64,000 bases of DNA from Haliotis cracherodii (Eukaryota): assembly GCF_022045235.1 (NCBI RefSeq), contig NW_027266273.1, forward strand, positions 18,228,001 to 18,292,000, given 5' to 3'. The notes beneath the pieces were generated by a model. It had not been told where the DNA came from and searched no databases. It saw nothing but the letters and a program-made list of their open reading frames with translations. Positions 11,776-25,488 of this stretch are shown one piece after another. Within the stretch, counting starts at the first letter, position 1, and every line of letters begins with the position of its first letter. Made by a program: the position numbers and the translations under genes.

Positions 11776-13840
11776 CTTATTCAACCTTATACTTATTACT
11801 AAGTATCGTTATTATCATTTTTATAAATAACTTACAGGATAAGAGACACGGGCATGTGGAAGGTAATGCTTTCTACATTATCAGCTGGGTATGTGATTCT
11901 ATGTTACATCTTAGAGATGTTATAAATTCATTTCAAATATCGATCTTCAGCATATGTTTGTCTCTCCTATCAATGTTCTTGGTTGAACATTCATCAATCT
12001 TTCACGGTTTATTCCTAGCTTATTCCTGGTTCTGAAAACTCAGTTGAGAGATTGTTGCCTTTTGTAGGACAATAATGTTTTGCAATCCACCATAAGCACC
12101 GGGTGGCAGATTATTTGTGGTGGAGACTTGGTCAACTTTGTGACAGTTCATGACAACTTAACAAGCCATGGATTTTGACATTTACCTAATCTTCACGTCA
12201 GTCTATTTTCCCGTATATGTCCTTGTTCCTGTCAACCAACAATCATCCATTCATTCACTTCAGCGTACTTGTATGTAAGATTGATGTGATATTTATATAC
12301 TTGTTTGGTAGGTAAAGAATTGCGTACGAGATTATCAAATTTCGAAATTAAACACTGTGTCAACAAAGTACATTTAACTTTAATTGACCATTTACAAATA
12401 TATGACAATAATTATCACAACTGATGGATGGGAAATGCAGAACCGGATAAAACTGTTCAATGAGGAGTATATTTCTTTTTTATTTAGTTCTAATAATTTT
12501 AAAAATATAGGATATGTTAATTCCTCAACAGAGAATGAACTGAAACAGTTTACCAAGTCCTAACGGACCATTGCTCTTTGAGTACGAAATCAACGTCTTT
12601 AAATATATCCCTTATGATGTACGCAAAATGGCAGCATTGTATGGTTACTGCATGCTGCATCAGCTGTAAAGTGAGCGATTGAAATGAACGACAAAACGTT
12701 TGAACGATTCCGACTATATCCTGAGTATGTGTTTTGATGGACATTTCCAAACTTGATGCATCACTGACAAAAATGATGTCCGATGCAATTCCGTATTTTG
12801 ACTTGTACCATATGTTCTCGTGTTTTGGAGGGGAAAGATTGACTTTTGTTTGTGTTTTTGACGGGTGCCAAGGGTGGAGCAGGATACGATCAATATATAA
12901 TTTTTTAATTTAAAGTTTACACAATATACGGCTTTTCAATTGGACGAGAGGTCAGTCACATGACCGCGAAACTGACGTTCATAATTGTATAAACGATATA
13001 ATTTGGCGTTCATAAGTTTTTCACGAGACCGTGTTCTTGAAATGACATAAACACTGACGGACTACTTCCCCATTCCTGGGGAAACCCCTCGGAATTCATT
13101 AGCACGAATACATACAGAAGCGTTCTTTCTAATCATTTAGCCCCATTGATCTTAAACTCAGCGTTTCAGTATACATTGAGCAACGTCAGAGTGTTTGACT
13201 GCATGATCGTTTACGAATATCCTCGCTAAGACCGAACCTATAGTGAAGAAAACGAAGAAATGCACATCCAAACTATCGAAGTATCGACTCGATCCGTATC
13301 TAGGCCGACAGTGACAGTCTACAGCAATCCATGAATTTACCTCAGTGTCAAATTAACACATGTTTTATCCCCTTTCAATGATCGACCAGTTGATCAATGA
13401 TGACTAAAACATGTAACCGCGACAGGTTCTTTAACAACTTCCGAAATCTCTTCCGACATGTTTATCATGTCGGCCATTTTGACGTCTTGTACTTGATGTA
13501 AATGTATTACGACGCGCTGTCATTGTGATAACATTGTTCTTAACATACATTTCTCATCTAATGAGGATATTATTTGAATACATTTGTTGTAAAGAAACTA
13601 CTAAAGTTGTTCCTGTAGAGCATGTTGAGCATACATACGTTCGTGTCACCTCTCGTTTTGAGGAACTATTTTATTCCGAACTGGACAACTGAAATGTACA
13701 TGGGCCTATGACCCCCCATACATGAGTAAAACATTCAACTCAACAATAACCACTTTGTTTGATTTGCAATAAACATTATATTAATAAAAACGACAAAACC
13801 ATCTCCAAAATGATTCGATATATATCAACACCCCTACTCA

Positions 13841-14285
13841 ACAATATCATTAAAATCAGATCTTAGTTTTCGCTACCTCTAAACAAAGATCTGAGGACAT
13901 CCCATTGCCTGTCATGTCAGAACGTCCTTTCATCTGACCAATCAGAGCATCGTTTAGCAGATCATAAAAGTGACAGTTGGAATGTGATTTTTTTATTGGC
14001 AATATAGACCATCTATTAGCCATTCCAGAATGTTCTTTTGTTCAGTCTTTAATCTTTTAATTGAGTATATGTCGAAATATGATTCGAAGCGTAGTCGCCA
14101 GTTTGAAACTCGTGCCGTAAAGCTCGATTAAGCTGCTTCTGAATGGATATTGCTGACTTCCTGTTAGTTATTCCATTGGTCGGTCAAAGTTCGCGAAAGT
14201 TCGGTCTGACGTGACCCGTAATGGGATGTCCTCAGATCTTTGTTTAGCGGTAGCGTGAACTAAGATCTGATTTTAATGAGATTGT
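13841..14285. mobile_element. MITE with ~64-bp terminal inverted repeats
   Basis: CAATATCATTAAAATCAGATCTTAGTT...GAGGACATCCCATT at 13842-13905 is inverted at 14220-14284; TSD CCTACTCA(A) on both sides. Confidence 0.85.
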
Positions 14286-14287
14286 CC

Positions 14288-14491
14288 TACTCAACATCTC
14301 AGACAGCCTTCGTGCTTGCTGTGGACGCATGGTCGTCCCACATACCATTGCGTGACATGAACATATATATTTGTCTTTCACCATCAAGCTTCCCCGAATC
14401 CAGTTGGTGGACATCCTAAGAGGCTCCCCATTTAACCAGTGCCAACCAGAAGCGTTGACACTGCGTAGGAGGCAGACCCATACAGGAGTGT
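14288..14491 (-). pseudogene. Orphan degenerate CTL exon 3 (lectin family pseudo-exon)
   Basis: Same acceptor and phase (ACAG|AC); TPVWVCL..SGWHWLNGEPL..TNW, then a frameshift, then GMWDD...AV*DVE*. Confidence 0.8.
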
Positions 14492-15114
14492 CTGTTGACA
14501 TCAAAACAGATATTAATTTGCTTATAAAAACGGAGATCATGTTGATGCGTCTCAGCTATGTACCACTGTACAACAACGATGTCTGATGCAGACTTGGAGA
14601 ATCATACGCCTGGTGACTATGACTTTGCGTTTAGAAATGCCATATAAATTTGCTTAGTCGACATAATTGCTTGAATGCCCTCTGTCTTGTCAGCCAGAAT
14701 TCTGGGTAATGAATTATTCTTAGCGTAGAATTATTAAACTCGTCTTAACTGTAGTTAGTTTATTGTGTAATCCATCATAATTGTGCGAGTGGTTTATAGG
14801 TATAACCCTTTGCTTCACCATCACTCGTAACAATATATGAAAGGAACTGGGATCTGTACCGTTATATCAATGAAGTTTCACATCATTTAGCAGTTGGACA
14901 CCCCCATCACTGAGTTGGATGAGTTTGGTTCAGCTCCACTTTAAACAGTAATTCAGTCTTATCCCATGAAATCAGGGAGGACATCATAAAGTAATGCAAG
15001 TCTTATATTATTTTCACTAATATTTTACCTTTTATGCCTAATGAAATCTGTTTGGGCGGATAATCGAGATTGGTTATTCTCTGACGCTGACGTTTTATTA
15101 TTATATTTATTACT

Positions 15115-15262
15115 TTAGCGAAACTCACGAGCACAGTATTGTGCTGACAAATATAGACATATTATCAGGGCGAATCTTGGATGAGAACCCCCGATCATAG
15201 GTTTCTGGTACGCCAAAGGGACGCATTCTCTAGAACGAATAGCGGCGCCTTAGGCGACTGTC
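15115..15262 (-). mobile_element. SINE family C fragment
   Basis: Reverse complement matches the head and body of the 25489 element. Confidence 0.65.
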
Positions 15263-16859
15263 TCTGTTGATCCTAAATAAGAAGTTTGCAATGTGTGATG
15301 TTCAAAAGTTGCATTGTTGAGCCATTACGATCATTGCCCAACACCGTTACCAATTATATCATAAAATCTAATTCCATAATAACTTAACCATTGTGATTTA
15401 AAACATTATTTGTGAAATAAATTAGTTCAGCGTTTTTATCACAATTTCTTTGACCTATAACCCCTACAATGTTGGTTGTCATACTGATTTCCAAGAAATG
15501 ACTTGGTTAAGTCTAAGCCTAGGAAATATGCCACCGGTTGCGATGAAGGGTAATTACATCAATTAGAAGACAAACCTACTGTGGATTGAAATTTGATGTA
15601 GTCCCATTGTGGAGTAGATACATTTTATTTCAATTTGGAACCGAGCGCTTTCTTCGTGTTCTCATGAATAAAGTTTTTTTAAAAACAATTTTGATAGTGT
15701 TTGGTGGTTATTGTTTTGGGGCCAATATTTTACTTTCATTATCGTTTGTTTCAATGAGGAAAATGCCCCGAACTGTTTCATAAACGGTATCATTTGTCTG
15801 CAAAAAATATGCCTTCGTTAAGTCTTGTAATCTCATCGAAGCAGTCAGGGTTGCGGCCTACATCTAGAACGTCAAAATCGTCGCCAAGAACATCCGATTT
15901 CAACCAAATTTCCTCCATTGGACGCTCAGCTTCTGTAAGAAACCCAGCGTCTAACAGTGGAAATATCGATACGGTATACAATTCTTATCGGTGATCGCCG
16001 GTCATTATTTTATAGATCGATATGTAGGCTCTCGATGTATTCATACGCACGTATTTTGTGTGAAAAAGCTTAATATATTTTGTTATGTGACAGTGTATTT
16101 TATTGTTAAACAAAGGTTGTAAACGTTTTTCATTATTTCTGTTGAGATTCCGTAAACGTTCATTGCATTGTGTGTGGACAATGATTAGTTGTAAGGAATG
16201 TAGTACTATGTATTGTAAGCAGTTGTGAGGAAGTTATTATTTTCAGATGCTCGAATTATCTGTAAACTTCCGGTATAGCATGGATGGATATCAAGCGTAA
16301 AAGAAGCACGTGGAATATTTTGTAATATTTAAAATAAGTATTATGACTTATAATTGGATTAGAATGTACAAATGGGATGACAATACAGCAGAACTCACTT
16401 CTACGAACATCGCCAAACTAGGTCGTGGGGTCATTAATATTCTTTTATAGAACAAATTCTCGGAAAGTTTGAGGCTTGTATCATGTCCGAGATTAATTTA
16501 AGCGTAGACATATTTTCAGGCTTATATCGCCACCAAAACTTATGATTATATTGATGTGTTTTACTGTAAAATGTAGAATGAGTGGTATTGCCTCTGTAAA
16601 TTTAATTTGAAGTAGATCTAAGTTTCTTGCTTTGTAAATATTTTTGCAAAACTAGTGTGGTCAGCGATGATGACGTTATTCAAACTTCAAAGACTTTGGG
16701 TGCCTTTCGTGGAATTAACGTCACACTAAATAATTTATAAAGATATTTCCCAACAATATTACAAAATGAGAATAATATATAATGTCACATACCCATGCAA
16801 AGTAATGACAAATGTGAGCCCACTAGCCCAAATGACAAGTCAACCCAATGAAGCCCAGC

Positions 16860-17330
16860 GATTTACAAATCTGGGCCCATCTGTTTCGATCACTATAAGA
16901 CGGGAACAATGTGATTCCAAATTTTAGAAAAAAGGTTATAAGTAAGCCAAGCTAATGAAGCTTAGCAATTTATAAATGTGGTCCCTCCTGTTGCAATCAT
17001 TATGGCGGAAGAACGTCTTCTCACTAGGCGATATACAAATGTGGGCCCACTTGTTTCGATCACCATATATGACGGGAACAATGTGGGCCCACATTTGAGA
17101 AAATGATTATCAATATTTAAGTAGAATTTCGCGATTAATAAATGTGGTGCCTCCTGATGCAATCAGTTTGACGGAAGAACGTCTACCCACATTTAGGAAT
17201 TGATTATCAGAACTAATTAAACAACATAACGAAGCTAGGCGATATACAAAGGTGGGCCCACTTGTTTCGATCACCATATATGACAGGAAAAATGTGGGCC
17301 CACATTTTAGAAAATGGTTATCAGCACTAA
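16860..17330. repeat. Imperfect tandem repeat, about 3 units of 170-210 bp
   Basis: GGGCCCA(C)TTGTTTCGATCAC..TA..GACGGGAACAATGTG recurs at about 16873, 17043 and 17254. Confidence 0.8.
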
Positions 17331-18095
17331 ACCTATCTAAGAAAATGTACGGATGGAACCATAAATATATAATGCATTCAAACATTTAATTAAGAATACG
17401 TTTTACTTTAGGGATAAGCTGGCCATTTAATAGCTGGACCAACAACGTACAACGTGACTGACGCCACTTCTCGAAAATACGAAAACAACGGAGATAGCTC
17501 CCGTTTGAAACTAGAGTGACCTCCCTTTCCCAATATGAACCATTGATAATGCGGTTTCGCCATAAATTTAAAAAAACGTGGCTACTCGCATTAATTCATG
17601 ATGCATTTTGGGCAAGGGGTAGGCAATAATTTGGCTCTCCATTTCAAGATATACAGCATTTGAGAATAATGCCAAGAGGACGGATCTCTTCATGTATGTG
17701 CGTCTTCATACACGGTTTTATAAATCTTATGAGCGATTTCTAATGACAGGAATACATAATGACAAAATACCCCCAATGTCTTTGAAACCCATTGAAGAAC
17801 GATTTAGTCTGGGTATCACTAATAGTCGCATACCTGGTCAGAATGTATCATCTTAAGGACAAGCTGCAGGCCATGTTAATGTTATGAATACTAATGTTCA
17901 CACCAATTTGTCTTTCTAATATCAGTTGTCAAAGAGCAAGGTTTTCAGAAGCGTTCACATTATGGAAAGGTTCCATCAGACTAAGAAAAAACTTGATTAG
18001 GATAAGTGATACGTTGATAAGGTTATTAGTTTGTCTAAGTAAGGAAGAGATTTTTGGAAGAACAACTTCTTTCTTACAATTAAGTGCAACGTTTC

Positions 18096-18190
18096 GGTCT
18101 AGTGGTAGAGCGTCCGCCGGGAGAGCGGAAGGTCCGGGGTTCGATCCCCGGCCGCGTCATACCAAAAGACGTTAAAAGATGGTACTTGTC
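18096..18190 (+). mobile_element. SINE family B 5' fragment bracketed by inverted Penelope-like ends
   Basis: Intact A/B boxes (GGTCTAGTGGTAGAGCG...GGTTCGATCCCC); flanks 18033-18098 and 18202-18268 are inverted copies of each other. Confidence 0.8.
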
Positions 18191-18407
18191 GTGGAACCTG
18201 CACCGAAACATCGCTCTTAATTGCAATAAAGAAGTTGTTCATCCATGAATCATAGCCTTACTTAGTACTCCAACTTCTAAATGCCTATGAAAGAAGTTAT
18301 TCTAGTTTGTCAGTCTTAATTTAATCCAATGCCATCTATCTTTTCAGATATAGAATATTCTCCTCCATATCAAAACAAGAAAATAATTTGATGAGAGATA
18401 AACCTAC

Positions 18408-18639
18408 CGCTGGTCAGTATGTAGTAATGAACACCGGTCCGATCTTGAAGCTGATCACTGGAAACATACACATACTTTTCCAGGTAGCACCCTTGAGTGT
18501 CGATGTCATAGAAGAATGACGAGCAGTTTGGGTGGTCCACACAGGCTACAGCGCATTCTGTTCTGAGGGTGACACCAAAAAGGAACGGACCAATGTTGGC
18601 TGCTATGTACCCAGTAAGGAGCAAGGAGAATGTGAACAT
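18408..18639 (-). CDS. PAN-CTL lectin copy B, exon 1 (PAN domain)
   Basis: 232-nt exon with a G|GTAGG donor, phase 1. Splicing to 11257-11087 and 9271-9051 gives an open 207-aa protein. Confidence 0.8.
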
Positions 18640-19436
18640 TTTGTCCTTAATAATGACACATCAACGCCGATGATTGAATTCTTGGAGGTATGTACATAAA
18701 CTGCCAGGTAGTTCTGATTCTTCTAGCGTATATATCATATTTCAGAACATGCTTTTATTGTGCTCAGACCTACCAGGTATTTCATTTTCTTTATAGATCA
18801 GAGATGCTTTATACCAACGTCTTTGTTTGGTCTCCGGGCAACAATCAAACCAGTAGGTTTATTTCAAGTTTTAAACAACAAAAACACATATTTAAGATTA
18901 TCCTGTATGCCTTGTATGTGATATCCCTTAAACGATTACACAAAGGGCGCCACAGTGGCGTCGCAGACTAATTTGAATGGAGTGGCAGCAAGGATAGAGA
19001 ACTCGCTGATAAAAATAACATCGTTTAGTGCAAAGGTTAGATGAGAAAATGATAAGGGCCCCATTCAACGCGATCGTATCGCAAGGACAGTCATAAGTCT
19101 ATACTAAACTATATGAGTTTAGCACTGCGACAGCATTGTGGAACGGACCATTCTTCTATAATCACAATTGTCTTCCTTCGGTATACTGTATCTGAGACAA
19201 GTATATGAGTAAATGAGGTCAATTGTATATTAAGTGCTGACAAGTTACTATTTGGTGTTGCTAACATGTGACTATTCGCCTGTTAGACTTATCTCACGTT
19301 GTGTGAGTTCAACTAACTTGTATCTGCCTACATAAAGCTTTACTGCTGTCGCTTGGTTTATTGCTCAGTGTTAATATATCCTTATACTTCAGTTTGGTTT
19401 ATCATGGCATGAGCCTTAATGCAATAGGTCTGACTA

Positions 19437-19606
19437 CATTAAACTACGTTTATTACGTTTATTATAGCGAACTGACGGATATAACGAACTGTTGTTTTGT
19501 CCCATCCATTTCCTGCATATAGGCTGTATTTGTACCTGTAACGAACTACGGTTATAACGAACTAAAATTAATAGTCCCTTTTAGTTCGTTATAACCGTAG
19601 TTTACT
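19437..19606. mobile_element. pogo/Tigger-type MITE (older copy)
   Basis: Homologous to 22244-22418; repeated TATAACGAAC motifs. Confidence 0.75.
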
Positions 19607-20462
19607 ATATATATTTTTCGACTTCCAACGTGTGAATATCGCGTCTCCTCGCTGTACATTCACAAACAATCACTCTGATCTCATCGGAAGATAAAGATAA
19701 AGGAGCGGTTCTTATCGAGTGAGTAAATCCACAATCTGCTTTGTTATATTGTCCGTCACATTCTTTTTTGTGATATGGAGCGTCAAATTGAAGAGATTTT
19801 TACATTGGAAACTTTGAAACTGATAGTGCAAGTTTTGTTGAAACTGCCATGGCTGACTGCAATCTCATTCAAATTGGAGAAACTACACCAGTGAGAAATA
19901 AAAGATCGCTTTCACCCTCGATTGGTCCACGAGAGGTAAAGACATTAAGACAGTCACACACATCTCTCGCGGAGCAGACGGACAGACAACTTTATACTGC
20001 GGGTTCTTCAGACCATTGAAAGTTCATTTGACAACAGACTGGGGGACATGGAAGCAAAGTTGACGGAAAATGTGAAAGCTGAAATACGCACAAATACCTC
20101 CCTCGAAGACGTGAATTAATGCATGAAAACCGAAGTAAGCGAACTTTCTGACCGCGTAAGAAGCTGGAAATTGGGCGCCAGCGCTCAGACACACGTAATG
20201 ACGAGACCTCACATTCACGCAACTTGAACATTGTTAATGACATCATTAGAGACGGTGACGTTTGTGTTGAAGATGCTGTGAGAAACGAACCTACGAATCC
20301 TTGTTTCCCGGTTGTTATACCTGCCTCTTGTAAGCAAGTAGACGATAAACAGTGTATTCTGTGATCCAAACAACAAAATTAGGGGAACAACAAGGTTGTT
20401 CATTTCTCAAGTGATAAACCAAAACAGCAGCGTATGTATGAAGCCAATCTGTGAGCCGTAGT

Positions 20463-20729
20463 TGGTTGGTTGGTTTGTTGTTTAACGCCGCACTCAGCAA
20501 TATTCCAGCTATATGACGGCGGTCTGTAAATAATCGAGTCTGGACCAGACAATCCAGTGATTAATGTCATGATCATCGATCCACGCAATTGGGATCGATG
20601 ACATGCATCAACCAAGTCAGCGAGCCTGACCACCCGATCCCGTAGGTCGCCTCTTACGACAAGCATAGTTGCCTTTTACGGCAAGCATGGGTTGCTGAAA
20701 ACCTTTTCTACCCCGGATCTTCACGGGTC
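20463..20729 (-). mobile_element. SINE family A, full length
   Basis: Reverse complement of the family A consensus; 12-bp TSD GTGAGCCGTAGT / GCGAGCCGTAGT. Confidence 0.92.
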
Positions 20730-21229
20730 GCGAGCCGTAGTACAATCGCGTAGTAAAATGCCACGTGGATATTCAGCAGACCGTGTTTGTAGGGAGCCAG
20801 GGCAGTCGGGAAGCCGAAGATGAACCAATAACGGTAGATGGCAAGAAATAGAAGCCAATCAGGAGCCGCTACGTCCCCATCAGGTAGTCGGCGGGTGCTT
20901 GAATGTGAAAGGTTCGGCGCAGGATATCACTACGTTACTACGACAGTTGTGAACGAAGAACAGCGAAAGTGACCTAATCGGCATTACGGAAACGATGTGG
21001 TGGTGATGTAAAAGAAATCGATGGTTACAAATGATCTGGACACAATCGGACAAACTCGCACGTACGTGCACCCCATTGGTCTGGGGGTCTGATTACGAAT
21101 GAAGTTGTTGACTTTTGTGACATATCCGTCAAAGATAAGTGTAACGAAGATGCTTTATGGCTTAAGTTAGAAAAAAAGATAGGGTGTCAACGGTACTAAG
21201 ACTTTTTAATTAGTGCAAATATGTGTATT

Positions 21230-22080
21230 CAACTATGCTTAATGGCCGTAGAACGAGTGTTTATGAATTTACATATGTATCAAATGTTATTAACTGTGGC
21301 AGATTATTGTACAGTATCACGTGGTCATTTTTTTACAGTAATGATATTAAGGCGATGCGCTCAAGTATTTTATTTCAACACCCAGGCTGTGTAAGGAGGA
21401 TTGATAGAGCAGACATTTTAAAAGTGGATCATTCTGTGCTATCATGGTCTTTGAACCATGATGAAGTCAAGAGATAAGACCTGAAGAGGAACAAGTATTC
21501 ACCGAAACTGTTTTAACACGAAACACCCAGTCGATTTAATGAAATCGTAAAAAAATATATATAGCAATATTGAAAAAACACTTCCAGTTCAAACCGTTGA
21601 TAATGTTATGTACGACAGCGAAAAGGAAACCTGGCAAAATCACCTGTTGCAAGATATGTCGGCGAGTGGTACAGGAGAAAACAAGCTACGGACATAAACA
21701 TTATTGAGAGTTGTAATGTCAGAGAACATATATTACACGTCCTATACCACGACGTCATTGAACAGCTCTTTTTAAGTTCAGTTGTGGCTTAGCACCCTTA
21801 TGCATTCAAACTGGCGGATATGAGAATGTCCCAGCCCAACTTAGAACCTGATTTAATTGTATTAAGGAAATTTAGGATGAAATGCATGTTTTAACGGAAT
21901 GTCCCGTGTATAATGCTGCTAGAGAAGTGCTTTTTAATGTATGCTCTGTTAAGATACCGGGTTTTGAAAATATGACAAACCAAGAAAAAAATGTGTTCCT
22001 TCTTGACAAGCCTATTCGTAACGTTTCGCATTGCCTGGACCTGCGATGACATATTAAATAAACGAGACATATGTCATACA
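21230..22080 (+). mobile_element. LINE 3' fragment (L2/Crack/Daphne-like C-terminus)
   Basis: KLRT...KFSCGLAPLCIQTGGY...DEMHVLTECPVY, the typical C-terminal Cys/His region. Confidence 0.7.
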
Positions 22081-22243
22081 AATAATTTACGATGTGCTAT
22101 GTATTATGTGTAATGTGTTTTAGCATAGTCAAATGAACATTGTGACCGTCTCTCATAAATACCTGAGCGATTGGTCATGGGTATTTTGCAATATGTTCAA
22201 AACATGTATATTTTATTGTATATTATAATATATCTGCTTTATA

Positions 22244-22418
22244 CAGTAAAGTACGGTTATAACGAACACGCTTATAACGAACTGACGGATAAAACGAACT
22301 TACTTTTTTGTCCCGACTATTTGCTGTAGTTATGCTGAATATATGCATATAACGAACCACGGTTACAACGAACTAAAATTAGTGGTCCCTTTGAGTTCGT
22401 TATAACCGTAGTTTACTG
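22244..22418. mobile_element. pogo/Tigger-type MITE
   Basis: TA|CAGTAAAGTACGGTTATAACGAAC ... GTTCGTTATAACCGTAGTTTACTG|TA, i.e. TIRs with a TA TSD. Confidence 0.88.
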
Positions 22419-23016
22419 TATGTCTGTCTGTCTATCTGTCTGTCTACTGGGGAGTGTGGAAAGAGTATGCTGTACGTGAAGCATGTCCGTTTATGTGTAG
22501 CCATTATAAAACCACATTATATGCTCGGAGCTAAGGAGTGACAAACCTTTTGTTTTCTGTTTGAATTACAATAGGTACATATTATACATCTGCAGTGTAT
22601 GGTGTTGCCTGAAGGGCCGTTATATCACTGGCAGTTTGCACAAACGTGTGTTTCCATATTAACTGGGGATTTTATCTTATGATATTACTTTTGTGGTGTA
22701 TATGTTAGTGTTGATGTTTAATAAAGAGTTCATGCATTACACATACATACAGCCAGTCCCATACCTTATTGTCAATTACGAGTCTTTTGGTGAAGCGTTA
22801 ATGAAGCGTTGCCGGCGCAATCGTAAGTTTATGACTGTTACATGGGTCAACCGATTGCGCCTAATTTCGAACAATAGTAAATTCCTCTCTTGTTGTGAGA
22901 CTTCATTGGATAAGGAGTATACAATTACATATGTTTTTTTCCACTAGCTTAATTCAATTTTATCTGCTTGACAGACTGTTACTGACTGTTGTAAAGTACA
23001 ATTCTATCAGTGATCC

Positions 23017-23200
23017 GCTTGTCGTAAGAGGTTACTAACGGGATTGGGTGGTCAGATTCGCTGACTGGATTAATGCATGTAATCGTATCCAATTTGTGTG
23101 GATCGATGCTCATGATGTCAATCACTGGATTGTAGGGTCCAGACTCGATTATTTACAAACCGCCGTCACATATCTGGAATAGTGCTGAAACGAACAAAAC
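23017..23200 (+). mobile_element. SINE family A, 5'-truncated
   Basis: GCTTGTCGTAAGAGG...CCAGACTCGATTATTTACA. Confidence 0.85.
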
Positions 23201-24299
23201 ATTCCCCCACTCTCTCATTCAAATATCCTTGTTTCACTTTGGCTACACGCATTATTTAAGATATAGTTTGCCCTTCTATATAGTTATGCTTATGCTTACA
23301 TTCACATGGATGTGTGTTGTTTTCGACATACAACGTATTGGAAGCAATGTTTTTCGTATGTTTCCTGGGAAACATCAATACCAACAGCAATTAAGCATTG
23401 ACCAAGCACTTCAAAATAGCTTCTTTAAAAGAAGCAGCAAGGCAGAGTACACTGCAGAATAATAGTCATTTTCCTTGTGTTACTAAGTGGTCCATCCCAT
23501 CATGTCGGCTACAATAGATTAATTGGAATACATGTGTACACAGACTAAACATGATGTAAAGCAAACAAAGGCAGGAAGAAGTCCACCAAGGTTGCAGCAC
23601 GTGTCCACTTACAATGTTACCTGAATAATGTATTTGTTTACGATGGGGGAAAATATTACAGATTAAAATGGTAAAATGATGATATAAGACTATGAAAGTG
23701 GGTATGCTAAATAACAGGATATAAGCAGCGGTGTGCATCATAGAGACATGCAGTAGAAAAAGTTTGAAAACAATTAAAAAAACAGAATTGAAAATGTCTT
23801 CGGTTTTCTTTCTTTAATGATAAATGAAAACATCCACAACGTCCAGTCCTATGGACATGAATAAATGCTGTTTATCGTTGGTCATATGGTGGCTTGTATT
23901 TTCGCTAGTATTCATGCATGATGTCGGGCGCTTTTTTTTGTCGCTTTGACAGAAACAACTTATACTGTGCGAAATGCGAGAACAGTTTGTGTAAAAAGTT
24001 GTTGCAATTGAGAGAAAGTGTCCTGAAAGTAGACAACGATATTGGACAAAATACAGAATTTATGATGAAGATGCGACAGAACAAGATATATAGAAATCGC
24101 GAGGGGGGGTCAACTCCTATTGAGCTTGGCACCGAAAACCATGTGTACTCCGAGCTCATAGCCATGCGGTTCCATAAGATAGGTATCTCAGGGCAGCACT
24201 CGCAAGTATCAATGTTATTATTTCTCACACAAATACAAGAAAAACTGAAAAAGCATCAATCCCAACTCTCAAATGTAGTAACATGCGACTATTCTTGTT

Positions 24300-24458
24300 G
24301 TAACGGGATCGGGTGGTCAGGCTCGCTGACTTGGTTGATGCATGTCATCGCATACCAATTGCTCCTGATATCAGTCACTGGATTGTCTGGTCCAGACTCC
24401 ATTATTTACAGACCGAAAATTGCCGAGTGCGGCGTTAAACAAACCAACAAACAAACAG
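24300..24458 (+). mobile_element. SINE family A, 3' part
   Basis: GGGATCGGGTGGTCAGGCTCGCTGAC...GCGGCGTTAAACAAACC. Confidence 0.85.
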
Positions 24459-25488
24459 TCAATGTAATGATGCTACCAATGCCAAAGCGTTGAAAGTGTT
24501 CTCTGGACATATATGAATGTGGAGAAAATGAACGAATGAAATAATCGGTAATCACAGGAAATCACAGGTCTCTGCTGACAGACATGAACATCGCGAGTGC
24601 TCAGAGACTTAGAAAGCCAGGATTCCCAAGACACATGGTAAAACCAAAGCCTGGGTGGGTTAGCGTTCCCGGACGGCAGTGATCAGTGAATTAGAGATAC
24701 CATGAAAGTCAAATCAAAGCCCGTAAAGAAGCAATATGGAGTATGTGAGGATTATCCGATTGTTTTTCCACAAGGAGATGGAACATGTTTTCCGAGATAC
24801 GATAATGGTGGGAAAGGGAAAGAAGGCCAAGTCTGGCCACCATATTCTTGTATTGAAAATATTTTGTTATTATGATTTGCAAACATTAGAAATATATATA
24901 TTTCTCGTGAATTTAGAAAATGTAAAGTTTGTAACGTAAACCATATCGAAAATGAATATCACTTTTTGTTAATTTGACCAGCTTATAGCCATCTTAGGCA
25001 AAGTTATGCCAATGCTGTAAGAACACAAATACTCCAAAATGTATAATGTGCAAATTTGTTAAAACTGCTCTTGTTAGAAAGCAAAGAAATTTGTATTATA
25101 TCTTATACTGTTTGAATCTCAATTGCATTTCGTCTGTACAAAAAGGCTCGTGGCCTACAAGTACTGAAATAAAAGTGAAAACAGTCAAAATACGGCCCGC
25201 GACTGCTTGCTCTGAACTAGGGATTTTACCTTGTTAGACGCTTCGGTTGCAGACGACCTCTTTTCCGGCAGCGCTCGGCCACTTGCATCTCGTATTCGTC
25301 AACACTCGCCCCTTTCCGTAACCTGCAAGAAGACGCTATTCGGCTTGTCCCGGGATAACACGAGTTGGTCACGAATGTTGCATCTCGGCCACGGCTGCCC
25401 GAACACACTTCCAACGGAAACCTAATGTCTCCGGTGGAAGTTGAGATCGTCTCACAATAGAGCTACTAAACTGTAGCTGTGTGTTAAA

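Noticed and set aside
19860-21107. Possible DNA element with CAA...TTG ends
   Set aside because: Inverted ends are weak and there is no clear TSD.
21488-21520. CTGAAGA...GAAAC hammerhead-like core
   Set aside because: No convincing stems I and III or cleavage triplet.
23918-24493. 191-aa ORF
   Set aside because: The last third is SINE A and the rest has no recognisable domain. It could be a decayed gene but cannot be supported.
25190-25450. GC-richer segment with a minus-strand splice donor
   Set aside because: No recognisable homology or partner exons.
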